This document shows, in pieces, positions 54,751-64,000 of a DNA stretch of 64,000 nt. Source of the DNA: an uncultured Thermoleophilia bacterium (GTDB lineage: Bacteria; Actinomycetota; Thermoleophilia; UBA2241). The DNA is taken from contig CAVQSP010000014.1 in the NCBI GenBank assembly GCA_963715985.1, positions 746,019 to 810,018 of the forward strand. The letters run 5' to 3'. A program made the translations under genes and the position numbers. Below the pieces are notes generated by a model, which saw only the letters and a list, made by a program, of their open reading frames with translations, was not told the origin of the DNA and did no database searches. The first letter of the stretch is position 1. The number at the start of each line of letters is the position of its first letter.

Positions 54751-55508
54751 GGCGCCGCGCCGGACTCCCAGAGTTCCTCAAGGTTGCGCTTGTCGCGCAG
54801 CGTGTCCATGGGCTGCCAGAAGCCGCGGTGGCGGTAGGCGGCGAGCTGGCCGTCGGCAGCCAGCCGCTCCAGAGGCTCGTGTTCCCAAAGCACGTCGTCG
54901 CCGTCGATGTAGTCCAGCACGGCGGGCTCCAGAACGAAGAAGCCGCCGTTCATCCAGGCGCCATCGCCCCGGGGCTTCTCCACGAAGGAGCGCACCCCGA
55001 CCTCGTCGGCCTCCATCTCGAGAGCGCCGAAGCGACCCGGCGGCTGCACAGCCGTCACGGTGGCCAGGCGCCCGCTCTTCTCGTGGAAGGCGAGCAGTGC
55101 AGCGAGGTCCACGTCGGCCACGCCGTCGCCGTACGTCATCATGAAGCGCTCGCCGCCGAGGTAAGCGGCGACGCGCTTGAGGCGGCCGCCGGTCTGCGTC
55201 TCGGCCCCCGTGTCCACGAGCGTCACGCGCCACGGCTCAACGGCGCTCTCGTGGACCTCCATACCGCGTCCCTGCAGGTCGAACGTCACGTCGCAGTTGT
55301 GCAGGAAGTAGTTGGCGAAGTACTCCTTGATCATGTAGCCCTTGTAGCCGAGGCAAACAACGAACTCGGTGAAACCCTGCTCCCCGTAGCCCTTCATGAT
55401 GTGCCAGAGGATGGGGTATTCGCCGATCTCGGCCATGGGCTTGGGGCGGATCTGGGTCTCCTCGGCGAGGCGCGTACCCAGCCCGCCGGCGAGGATGACG
55501 ACCTTCAT
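54735..55508 (-). CDS. rfbF: Glucose-1-phosphate cytidylyltransferase
   Basis: [23 protein letters not shown]; IKEYFANY; TYGDGVAD; [12 protein letters not shown]. Confidence 0.95.
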   Translation of the reverse strand: MKVVILAGGLGTRLAEETQIRPKPMAEIGEYPILWHIMKGYGEQGFTEFVVCLGYKGYMIKEYFANYFLHNCDVTFDLQGRGMEVHESAVEPWRVTLVDTGAETQTGGRLKRVAAYLGGERFMMTYGDGVADVDLAALLAFHEKSGRLATVTAVQPPGRFGALEMEADEVGVRSFVEKPRGDGAWMNGGFFVLEPAVLDYIDGDDVLWEHEPLERLAADGQLAAYRHRGFWQPMDTLRDKRNLEELWESGAAPWKTW

Positions 55509-55638
55509 GAGGCCTCCGAGGCGATGCCTGACAGTGCGTTTCATCGGCGCATCGGGCACATCACTGTAGCCCATCGCGACGACACCACCCGGATTCGACG
55601 CCCGCGGCGGCGTCCCTAGGAGAAGCTCAGAGGGGGCT

Positions 55639-56420
55639 TCAGAACCCCAGCGCCACGGTAAGCAGGAAGTACGCCGCCACAGACGTCCAGATGAGCGCGT
55701 CAAAGCGGTCGAGCACGCCGCCGTGACCGGGGATGCCGCGGCCGCAGTCCTTGATCTGCACGTCGCGCTTCACAAGGCTCTCGAAGAGGTCGCCGAGCGG
55801 CCCTACCACGGCGATCACCGCGCCCAGCGCCACGGAGTCGGCCGGGCCGAGCGGCGTGTACAGGCCGATGAAAACGACCAGCAGCACCGTGCCGATGGCG
55901 CCGCCGGCGAAGCCCTCCCACGTCTTCTTGGGCGAGAGCCTCGGCGCCATGGGCGTGGAGCCGAAGAAGCGGCCGGTGAAGTACGCCATCGTGTCACCGG
56001 CCCAGGTCCCGAAGATCACTGTGAGCACCGCCGCCGTGCCGACGTCCAGGCGCCGCAGCAGCAGTATGGCGCTGAACCCGAGGCCCAGGTAGATGATGCC
56101 GAGCAGCGTCACGCCCATGCGCACCGTGATGCCGTGCTTGGGTCCGATGAGCAGGCCCAGCAGCGCCACGAGACCGGCCCCCACGGCCATCGCCCCGAAC
56201 ACCCGAACGGCGAGCGGAACCAGGCCATGTACAGCATCAGCGCCACGGAGATGAACCCGGCCAGCGGCAGCGGGCGGTACATCCTCGTCAGCCGGTAGAA
56301 CTCTCCGAGCCCCACCAGGGAGAGGGCGAGCATGAGGAAGAAGAAGACGAGCCCGCCGTGCACCACGACGACCACGGCGAGCACGGCGAGCACGACGCCG
56401 GTGATGATGCGCGTCGTCAC
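55639..56420 (-). CDS. cdsA: Phosphatidate cytidylyltransferase (frameshifted)
   Basis: DTMAYFTG; SPKKTWEG; [13 protein letters not shown]; [11 protein letters not shown]. Confidence 0.93.
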
Positions 56421-57339
56421 GAGGCAGCCATGCCCGGGTCCGCGGCCGCCTCGTGCCCCGCGGCCGAGTCGCGCCCGGCCGCGTCCGGCGCGTCGGGCTT
56501 CCGCCCCCGAACCGCCGTTGCCGGCGCGCGTATTCGGCCAGCGCCGCGTCCAGCGCCGCCTCGTCGAAGTCCGGCCACAAGCAGGTCGCTGAAGTACAGC
56601 TCCGAGTACGCGCACTGCCAGAGCAGGAAGTTGCTGATGCGCAGCTCGCCCGAGGTGCGGATGAGCAGCTCGGGGTCGTGCATCTCCGGCGCGTACAGGT
56701 GGCGGCGGAAGTCGTCCTCCGCGAACGCCGGGCGCGCTTCGCCGCCAGCGCCCGCCGCCGGGCAGCCGCACCGGCGGCCGCCCTCGTCGCCGCCACCCCG
56801 CGGCTGCGGCAGCCGGGGCGGCCTCGGCCGCCAGCCCCGCGGCCGCGTCAAGCAGCTCGCGGCGGCCGCCGTAGTTGAAGGCGATGTAGAGCGTCATCCT
56901 GGTGTTGGCTGCGGTGAGCGCCTCGGCCTCCTCGATACGGCGCACGAGCTTCTCCGGTACGCCGTCACGACGCCCGACGAAGCGCACGCGTGCCCCGCGT
57001 TCGTGCATGTCGGGCACCTGCGAATCTATCATCTCCACGAACAGGTCCATGAGCGCGGCCACCTCGTCGGGGGGCCGGTTCCAGTTCTCGGTGGAGAACG
57101 AGTACACCGTGACCTCGCGGATGCCGAGGTCGAGGGCGTGCTCGAGGACGCGGCGCAGCGTCTTCGCGCCGGCGCGGTGGCCCGGCGGCCACCGGCAGGC
57201 GCCGGCGCTGCGCCCAGCGCCCGTTGCCGTCCATGATGATGGCGATGTAGCGTGCGGTCGCGCCGCCCGCCGCAGGCTCGGCGGCGCCGCGCGCGCCGCG
57301 CAGCCGCCAGCGCGCCAGCCAAGTACGCAGAGAGGCCAT
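56417..57339 (-). CDS. uppS: Undecaprenyl/polyprenyl diphosphate synthase (frameshifted)
   Basis: [12 protein letters not shown]; YSFSTENW; AFNYGGR; [17 protein letters not shown]. Confidence 0.93.
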
Positions 57340-57380
57340 CGCCGTGATCCCCAGGGTCGGTCCCGCCGGGCGGCGGGAGC

Positions 57381-57939
57381 TCAGACCTCGAGGATCTCCG
57401 CTTCCTTGTGCTTCAGGAGCTCGTCGATCTCGTGGACGTGGTCGTCCGTGTACTTCTGCAGCTCCTTCTCGGCGCGCGCCTCGGCGTCCTCACCGACCTC
57501 GCCCTCGTGGACGAGCTCCTTGAGGTCCTTCATGCAGTCGCGGCGGACGTTGCGCACCGCCACCCTGCCGTCTTCGGCGAGGCGGTGAACCAGCTTCACG
57601 AGGTCGCGGCGGCGTTCCTCAGTGAGCGTGGGGATCGGCAGGCGGATCACGGTGCCGTCGCTGCTCGGGTTGAGCCCCAGGTCCGACTCCATGATGGCCT
57701 TCTCGATGCTCCTCATGGCGGTCTTGTCGAACGGCTGCACGGTGAGCAGCCGTGCCTCCGGTGCGGCGATGTTGGCCATCTGCTTGAGCGGCGTGGAGGT
57801 GCCGTAGTAGTCCACGTGGATGCGGTCCAGCAGACCGATGCTGGCACGGCCGCTGCGCACCGTGTTGAACTCGGTGCTGGACGGCCTCCACCGCCTTGTC
57901 CATGCGGTGTTTGGCGTCGGCGAGCAGCTCTTTCTCCAC
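57381..57939 (-). CDS. frr: Ribosome recycling factor (one frameshift)
   Basis: RSGRAS; DYYG; LGLNP; LTEERR; VRNVRR. Confidence 0.95.
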
Positions 57940-57961
57940 GTGGTCCTCCCTTTTCCCGAGG

Positions 57962-58699
<738 letters not shown>

Positions 58700-58704
58700 G
58701 GCCG

Positions 58705-59316
58705 TCAGCCCGCGACCGTGGTCTCGCCGAGCTGGAAGCGCACGAAACGGCGTACTTCCACGTTCTCGCCGATCACGCCGACGAGGTCGGTGCGGACCTG
58801 CTCGATCGTGCGGTCCGGGTCCTTGACGAAGGCCTGCTCCATGAGGCAGGTCTCGGCGAAGAACTTCTCGAGCTTGCCGGTGATGATCTTCTCGATCACG
58901 TTCTCCGGCTTGCCCTTGATCTGGTCGGACTCGGCGTAGATGGCCTTCTCGCGGGCGACGACGTCCTCGGGCACCTCGTCGCGGTTCACCCAGATCGGGG
59001 AGGCGGCGGCCACCTGCATGGCGAGGTCGTGCGTGAACTCGCGGAACGGCTCGCTGCGCGAGACGAAGTCGGTCTCCACGCCCACCTCGACGAGCACGCC
59101 GATCTTGCCGCCGGCGTGGATGTACGCGTCCACGGCGCCGTCCTTGGTGGCGCGCGAGCTCTTCTTCTGGGCGCTGGCCAGACCCTGCTTGCGCAGCTCG
59201 TCCATCGCCTTCTCGAGGTCGCCGGCCGTCGCGGCAAGCGCCTTCTTGCAGTCCATCATCCCGGCCCCGCTCTTCTCGCGGAGCTCCTTTACCAGGGCAG
59301 CGGTGATCTCAGCCAC
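58705..59316 (-). CDS. tsf: Elongation factor Ts (short form)
   Basis: [19 protein letters not shown]; ETDFV; EQAFVKD; RFVRFQLGE. Confidence 0.97.
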   Translation of the reverse strand: MAEITAALVKELREKSGAGMMDCKKALAATAGDLEKAMDELRKQGLASAQKKSSRATKDGAVDAYIHAGGKIGVLVEVGVETDFVSRSEPFREFTHDLAMQVAAASPIWVNRDEVPEDVVAREKAIYAESDQIKGKPENVIEKIITGKLEKFFAETCLMEQAFVKDPDRTIEQVRTDLVGVIGENVEVRRFVRFQLGETTVAG

Positions 59317-59358
59317 AGCGCGATCCTTTCGTAGGGTCGGCGTAAGTCTCTGGGTGTA

Positions 59359-60510
59359 CTACTCGGCCGGCTTCTCGTCGGCAGCCGGAGCGTCGGCCTT
59401 GGCCTCTTCGCCCTTGGCCTCTTTCGCCTTGGCCTCTTCGCCCTTGGCCTCGGCCTTGGGCTCCTCCGCCGGCTTCTCGGCGGCCTTGGGCTCGGCCTTC
59501 TTGGCGGCGGGCTTCTTGGCGGCAGGCTTCTCGGCGACGGGCTTCTCGGCGACAGGCTTCTCGGCCTTGGCCTCGGCCTTGGGCTCCGCCTTCTTCTCGG
59601 CCGGCTTGGCGGCGGGCTTCTCGGCGGGCTTCACGTCGGCGATCTCGGCGACCGGCGAGGCGGAGGCTTTCTCCTCGCGGACTTCCTCGGCGGCCTTCTG
59701 CGCCTCGGCCTCCGCGGCTTCGGCGGCGGCCTTCTCGGCGGCGGCGACGGCCTCGGCCACTGCGGCCTCTTCGGCGGCCTTGCGTTCGGCCTCGGCCTTC
59801 ATCTCGGCCTCGGTGAGCAGCTGGCGACCCTCTGCCACGGCGTCGGCCATGACGCGCACGATGAGGTTGCAGCTGCGGATGGCGTCGTCGTTGCCGGGGA
59901 TGATGTAGTCGACTTCGTCCGGGTCACAGTTGGTGTCCACGAGGGCGATGATCGGGATCTTGAGCTTGCGGGCCTCTTTGACGACGATCGCTTCCTTGCG
60001 CGGGTCGACGACGAAGACGGCGGCGGGGACGCGGTCCATGTTGGCCACGCCGCCGAGGTTCTGCTCGAGCTTGCGCAGGTCGCCGCGCAGCTGCATCTCC
60101 TCGCGGGTCGGGAGAAGGTCGAGCGACCCGTCCTCCGAGAGCTGGCGCAGCTCGTGCATGCGCTTGATGCGCTTGCTGAGGGTGGTGAAGTTCGTGAGGA
60201 GGCCGCCGAGCCAGCGGTTGCACACGTAGGGCATGCCCACGCGCTCGGCCTGCTCCTTGATGGTCTCCTGGCACTGCTTCTTGGTGCCCACGAAGAGCAC
60301 GCCGCCGCCGCGCTCGGACGTCTTCTTGAGGAAGGCGTAGGCCTCGTCGATGAGGACCGTGGTCTTCTGCAGGTCGATGATGTAGATGCCGCCGCGCTCG
60401 CCGAAGATGAACTGTTTCATCTTGGGGTTCCAGCGGCGGGTCTGATGGCCGAAGTGGACGCCGCTGGTGAGCAGGTCCTTCATGCTGACGGTGTGTTCGG
60501 TCGCAGCCAA
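59359..60510 (-). CDS. rpsB: 30S ribosomal protein S2 with a long Ala/Glu/Lys-rich tail
   Basis: [15 protein letters not shown]; LFVGTK; RWLGG; DTNCDP; PGNDDAIRS; TTG start after AAGGAGG. Confidence 0.97.
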   Translation of the reverse strand: MAATEHTVSMKDLLTSGVHFGHQTRRWNPKMKQFIFGERGGIYIIDLQKTTVLIDEAYAFLKKTSERGGGVLFVGTKKQCQETIKEQAERVGMPYVCNRWLGGLLTNFTTLSKRIKRMHELRQLSEDGSLDLLPTREEMQLRGDLRKLEQNLGGVANMDRVPAAVFVVDPRKEAIVVKEARKLKIPIIALVDTNCDPDEVDYIIPGNDDAIRSCNLIVRVMADAVAEGRQLLTEAEMKAEAERKAAEEAAVAEAVAAAEKAAAEAAEAEAQKAAEEVREEKASASPVAEIADVKPAEKPAAKPAEKKAEPKAEAKAEKPVAEKPVAEKPAAKKPAAKKAEPKAAEKPAEEPKAEAKGEEAKAKEAKGEEAKADAPAADEKPAE

Positions 60511-60699
60511 CGCTGCCTCCTTCTGAGACGGTTGTCCGGCGGCGAGCACCGGCGCGGGTGCGCCGGCGGCAGGCGCCGCCGATCTGTGTACCGGCGGACA
60601 GTCAGTGGAATCGGGACGGTGGGCGCCCGCAGGCACCTGCCGCCCGACACCGCCACGGACCGGGGATCCGCCGGGTCGGGGTGGACACAACGGCGCAAG

Positions 60700-60708
60700 A
60701 TGATACCA
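60700..60708 (-). promoter_or_regulatory. Extended -10 promoter of rpsB-tsf, giving a ~180-nt GC-rich leader
   Basis: TGgTATCAT in an otherwise GC-rich intergenic region; rpsB genes commonly have long autoregulatory leaders. Confidence 0.55.
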
Positions 60709-60821
60709 GAATCCGGCCTGCGCCTCCAGTGACCGGCGCTCCGCGGTCGCGGCGCGCCACGCGTTCACGCTCGCGGGCGCCGCGCACGCACGGCTCTGAC
60801 CCGGGCCGAGGTGACGCCGGG

Positions 60822-61613
60822 TCAGCCGATGGCGGCCGGCTCGATCTCGTCGCGCAAGCGGCCCTTGAGGCGCAGGATGGCCTTGGTGTGCAGCTGCGAG
60901 ACGCGGGACTCGGTGACGCCGAGTACTTCGCCGATCTCCCGCAACGTGAGGTTCTCGTAGTAGTACAGCGCGATGACGATCTTCTCGCGCTTGGGCAGCG
61001 CGTCGATCGCCGACGCCAGCCGCGCCTTCATCTCCGAGAGATCGAGCATCCGCGAGGGGTCCTTGCTCTTGGGGTCCTCAAGGGTGTCGATGAGCGATGC
61101 CTGGTCGCCGTCCGAGCCCGAGATGGACCACAACTCGTCGAGTGCCACGATGCTGGTGTTGGCGATCTGCGTGAGCGAGTGTTGGAACTCCGGCACGGAG
61201 ATGTTGAGCTCCTGCGCTATCTCCTCGTCCGTCGGGGCGCGCTGCAGGCGGTTCTCGAGGACGGCGCACACCTTCTCGATCTCACGCGCCTTGCTGCGCA
61301 CCGAACGCGGCACCCAGTCCAGGGAGCGCAGCTCGTCGATGATGGAGCCCTTGATGCGCGAGATGGCGTAGGTCTCGAACTTGATCTCGCGCGACGGATC
61401 GAACCGCTCCAGGGCGCCGATGAGGCCCAGCAGTCCGTAACTGATGAGGTCCGACTCCTCGATGTGCGACGGCAGGCCGTTGCTCATGCGCCCGGCGACG
61501 TACTTGACGAGCGGGGAGTACGCCAGGATGAGGCGGTCACGCGCCGCCTTGTCTCCCTGATACTTGTACTTCTCCCAGAGTTCGCGCACTTTGTCCTCGT
61601 CGAGCCGTGCCAT
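60822..61613 (-). CDS. whiG: FliA/WhiG-family (sigma-28) RNA polymerase sigma factor
   Basis: [11 protein letters not shown]; DLISYG; KFETYA; [14 protein letters not shown]; [27 protein letters not shown]. Confidence 0.92.
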   Translation of the reverse strand: MARLDEDKVRELWEKYKYQGDKAARDRLILAYSPLVKYVAGRMSNGLPSHIEESDLISYGLLGLIGALERFDPSREIKFETYAISRIKGSIIDELRSLDWVPRSVRSKAREIEKVCAVLENRLQRAPTDEEIAQELNISVPEFQHSLTQIANTSIVALDELWSISGSDGDQASLIDTLEDPKSKDPSRMLDLSEMKARLASAIDALPKREKIVIALYYYENLTLREIGEVLGVTESRVSQLHTKAILRLKGRLRDEIEPAAIG

Positions 61614-61658
61614 GGTCTGTCCGCCGCCGCGAGTCGCCGTCAGGCGCTCAGGCGGCGC

Positions 61659-62606
61659 TCACGCCCGTGGATGATGGAGGTCGTAGACCCGCCGCAGATG
61701 CGCTCCGCTGACATGGGTGTACACCTGTGTCGTGGACACGGATGCGTGTCCAAGAAGCTCCTGAATCGCCCGTAGGTCGGCGCCCCTCTCAAGCATATGC
61801 GTGGCGTAGGCATGGCGCAGCATGTGCGGTGAGGCCGCGCCGATGCCCGCAAGTCGGCTGTATTTTACAACTATGCGGCGGATGTCCGAAGTCAGGAGCG
61901 GCCGGCCGGCGCGCGAGACGAGCAGATTGAGCTCCTCCCGGCGCCGCTCGCCGAGCAATTGCCGGCGGCCGCGCTCAGTGTAGCGGCGCACCGCGGCGGC
62001 CGCTTCCTCGCCCAGCGGCACCACCCGTGTCTTGGCCCCCTTGCCGTGTACGATGAGCTGTGCCTGCCCCGCCTTCACGTCGTCGAGCCGCAGCCCGACG
62101 GCCTCCTGGCTGCGCAGGCCACAGCCGTAGAGGAGCTCGAGGATCATGCGGTCGCGCAGGGCGAGCGGCTCCGTACCGTCCGCGGCCGCGAGCATCGCCT
62201 CGACCTCCCGCAGACTGAGGACGCGCGGCAGACGCCGGCGGCGACGCGGCCCCGGCAGGAGCCTGGTGGGATCGGCGGGCAGTTCTCCGCGCTCGCTGAG
62301 AAAGCGGCACAGCCCGCGCAGGGTCGAGAGCTTGCGCGCGAGTGTGGCGGGCGCGTAGCCGCGGCGCCCCAGGTCGGCCGAGAAGGCGCGCACCGTACGC
62401 CGGTCGAGGACCTGGACGGTCTGGCCGCGCTCCGTGAGCCACTCGAGCAACTGCTGCAGATCGGACGAGTAGGAGCGGCGAGTGGCTGCGCTCGCGCCCC
62501 TCACCTGCAGGTCGCGCAGGTACGCGACGCAGCACCCTCGGGGGTCCGCGACGGCGGTGACGTCTGTATGCGGTCGAGCGACGTGCGACTGCGGCGCAGC
62601 AGGCAA
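61659..62606 (-). CDS. xerC: XerC/D-family tyrosine recombinase
   Basis: LYGCGLR; HGKGAK; SPHMLRHAYATH; LLGH...TTQVY; follows dprA. Confidence 0.9.
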   Translation of the reverse strand: MPAAPQSHVARPHTDVTAVADPRGCCVAYLRDLQVRGASAATRRSYSSDLQQLLEWLTERGQTVQVLDRRTVRAFSADLGRRGYAPATLARKLSTLRGLCRFLSERGELPADPTRLLPGPRRRRRLPRVLSLREVEAMLAAADGTEPLALRDRMILELLYGCGLRSQEAVGLRLDDVKAGQAQLIVHGKGAKTRVVPLGEEAAAAVRRYTERGRRQLLGERRREELNLLVSRAGRPLLTSDIRRIVVKYSRLAGIGAASPHMLRHAYATHMLERGADLRAIQELLGHASVSTTQVYTHVSGAHLRRVYDLHHPRA

Positions 62607-62677
62607 TGGGCACCCCCCTGAGGCGCCCTACCTTTCAACACCGCCGCCGGGCACTCCTGCAGCGCGTACCCGCTCAG

Positions 62678-63971
62678 TCACACTCTGCGCAGCCGGTATG
62701 CGCCCCCACCCGCAGGCGCGACGAGGCCTTCGATCTCCAGCCCGCTGAGGAGGGCCGCCGCGACCTGTACGCGCACGCCGCACTCCTCTGCGACCTGGTC
62801 GGCGGTGAGCGGCGTCCTCTCGAGGGCGCTCAGCACGCCGGTGAACCGGCCGCCGGCCACGAGCTGTGCGGGCTCGGCCGCCGCCGGACGAGCCACCTCG
62901 TCCGTTCGCCGGCTGCACACTCTCGGGCTGCTCGCCGATGAGCGCCGTGACCACGTCGTCGGCCGACTCGCAGAGGGTCGCGCCTTGCCTGAGGAACCCG
63001 TGGGGCGCCTGTGTGAGCTTCTTGCCCGCCTCGCCCGGCACTGCGAGCACCTCGCGACCGAGGTCGAGCGCGAAGTCGGCGGTGATGCGAGCGCCGCTGC
63101 GTCTGGCGCCCTCCACGACGACAACGGCCTGCGAGAGCGCCGCCATGACACGGTTGCGTGCCGGGAACCGCCACGCCCGTGCCGGCACGCCCCAACCGAA
63201 CTCGGAGACGACGAGGCCATGGCGGAGCACCTCACGGTGGAGCGCGGCGTTGCACGACGGGTAGGCCACGTCCGCGCCGCAGCCCATGACCGCGACGGTG
63301 GCGGGCCCTCCCGGCGGGCCGCCAGCGCGAAGGGCGGCGGCCTGCGCGGTGGCGTCGACGCCCATGGCGAGACCGCTGACGACCACGACGCCCTTCAGAG
63401 CCAGGTCCCGCCCGAGCATCGTCGCCATCTCGGCACCGTAGGGCGACGGCGCGCGCGTGCCCACGACCGCCACGGCAGGGGCCTCGCCCAGCACGCCGAG
63501 CCGCCGGTACAGCTCGGCGTCGTCCGCGGTCGCGGCCGCGAACAGGCACAGCGGCGGGTCGGCGAGGTGGCGCAACGACGCTGGGTACGGCGCGTCGCAC
63601 CACGTGACGAGTACGCGGCCCGGCCGAGCGTGCCCTGCCGCACAGGCTTGAGGGGCAGCCTCACGCACGGCGTCGTAGCGGCGCCGCTCGGAGGTGTGGT
63701 CCTGGGCCGCGGGGGCGCCGCTGCCTGCCCTCCCCGCCACCGCAGGCCCGGCCGCTGCCGGCCGTGGGGGCGGCATCTTCAGGAAGGCCCTCAGCTCGGA
63801 GACCGGGCGGCCCAGGACGTCGTCCATTTCGCCGTACTCGCGCACCAGAAGCCCGACCAGTCCACCGCGCCACCATGCCAGGGTGCCGAGCCACACACAG
63901 ACCTCCCGCGACGGAGCCGCAGCGAGACGACCGGCCGAGCGCCGGGGCTGAGTGTCCTGGTCAGCCTCCAC
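62678..63971 (-). CDS. dprA: DNA-processing protein DprA with C-terminal winged helix (one frameshift)
   Basis: AVVGTR; VVSGLAMGVD; FPARNR; VVVEG..SGARITA; LSGLEIEG. Confidence 0.93.
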
Positions 63972-64000
63972 TCGCGTCCGTCGCCCTGTACGAGAGGCTC

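Noticed and set aside
61659-62606. Tyrosine recombinase as the integrase of the glycosylation island
   Set aside because: It occupies the usual dprA-xerC core position about 6 kb from the island, and no att-like repeats were seen.

Overview
This is a very GC-rich bacterial window, probably from a deep-branching actinomycete (Thermoleophilia/Rubrobacteria-like; inferred from the dprA-xerC-whiG-rpsB order and a short EF-Ts). Even essential genes (pyrH, frr, uppS, cdsA, dxr) are frameshifted, so most breaks are probably indel errors from an unpolished long-read assembly. There are four blocks. (1) 1-11.4 kb: a surface-polysaccharide cluster (Wzy/WaaL-like, Wzx, glycosyltransferases, UDP-xylose synthase, methyltransferases) carrying an IS630. 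(2) 11.7-30.5 kb: a secreted-protein locus. It holds a Cwp84-like papain protease and a giant multicopper oxidase (MCO) that both end in tandem copies of the same ~107-aa module, a MacB/FtsX-type ABC transporter, an intact lipoprotein MCO paralog that has lost most copper ligands, a NarL-type two-component system and a DsbA/VKOR pair. (3) 35.7-55.6 kb: a ~20 kb rare-sugar/GtrAB-GT-C glycosylation island between cdsA and dxr. (4) The core run dprA-xerC-whiG-rpsB-tsf-pyrH-frr-uppS-cdsA...dxr-rseP-ispG on the minus strand. Block 2 is the best candidate for an undescribed system. All family calls come from motif recognition by eye; no searches were run.
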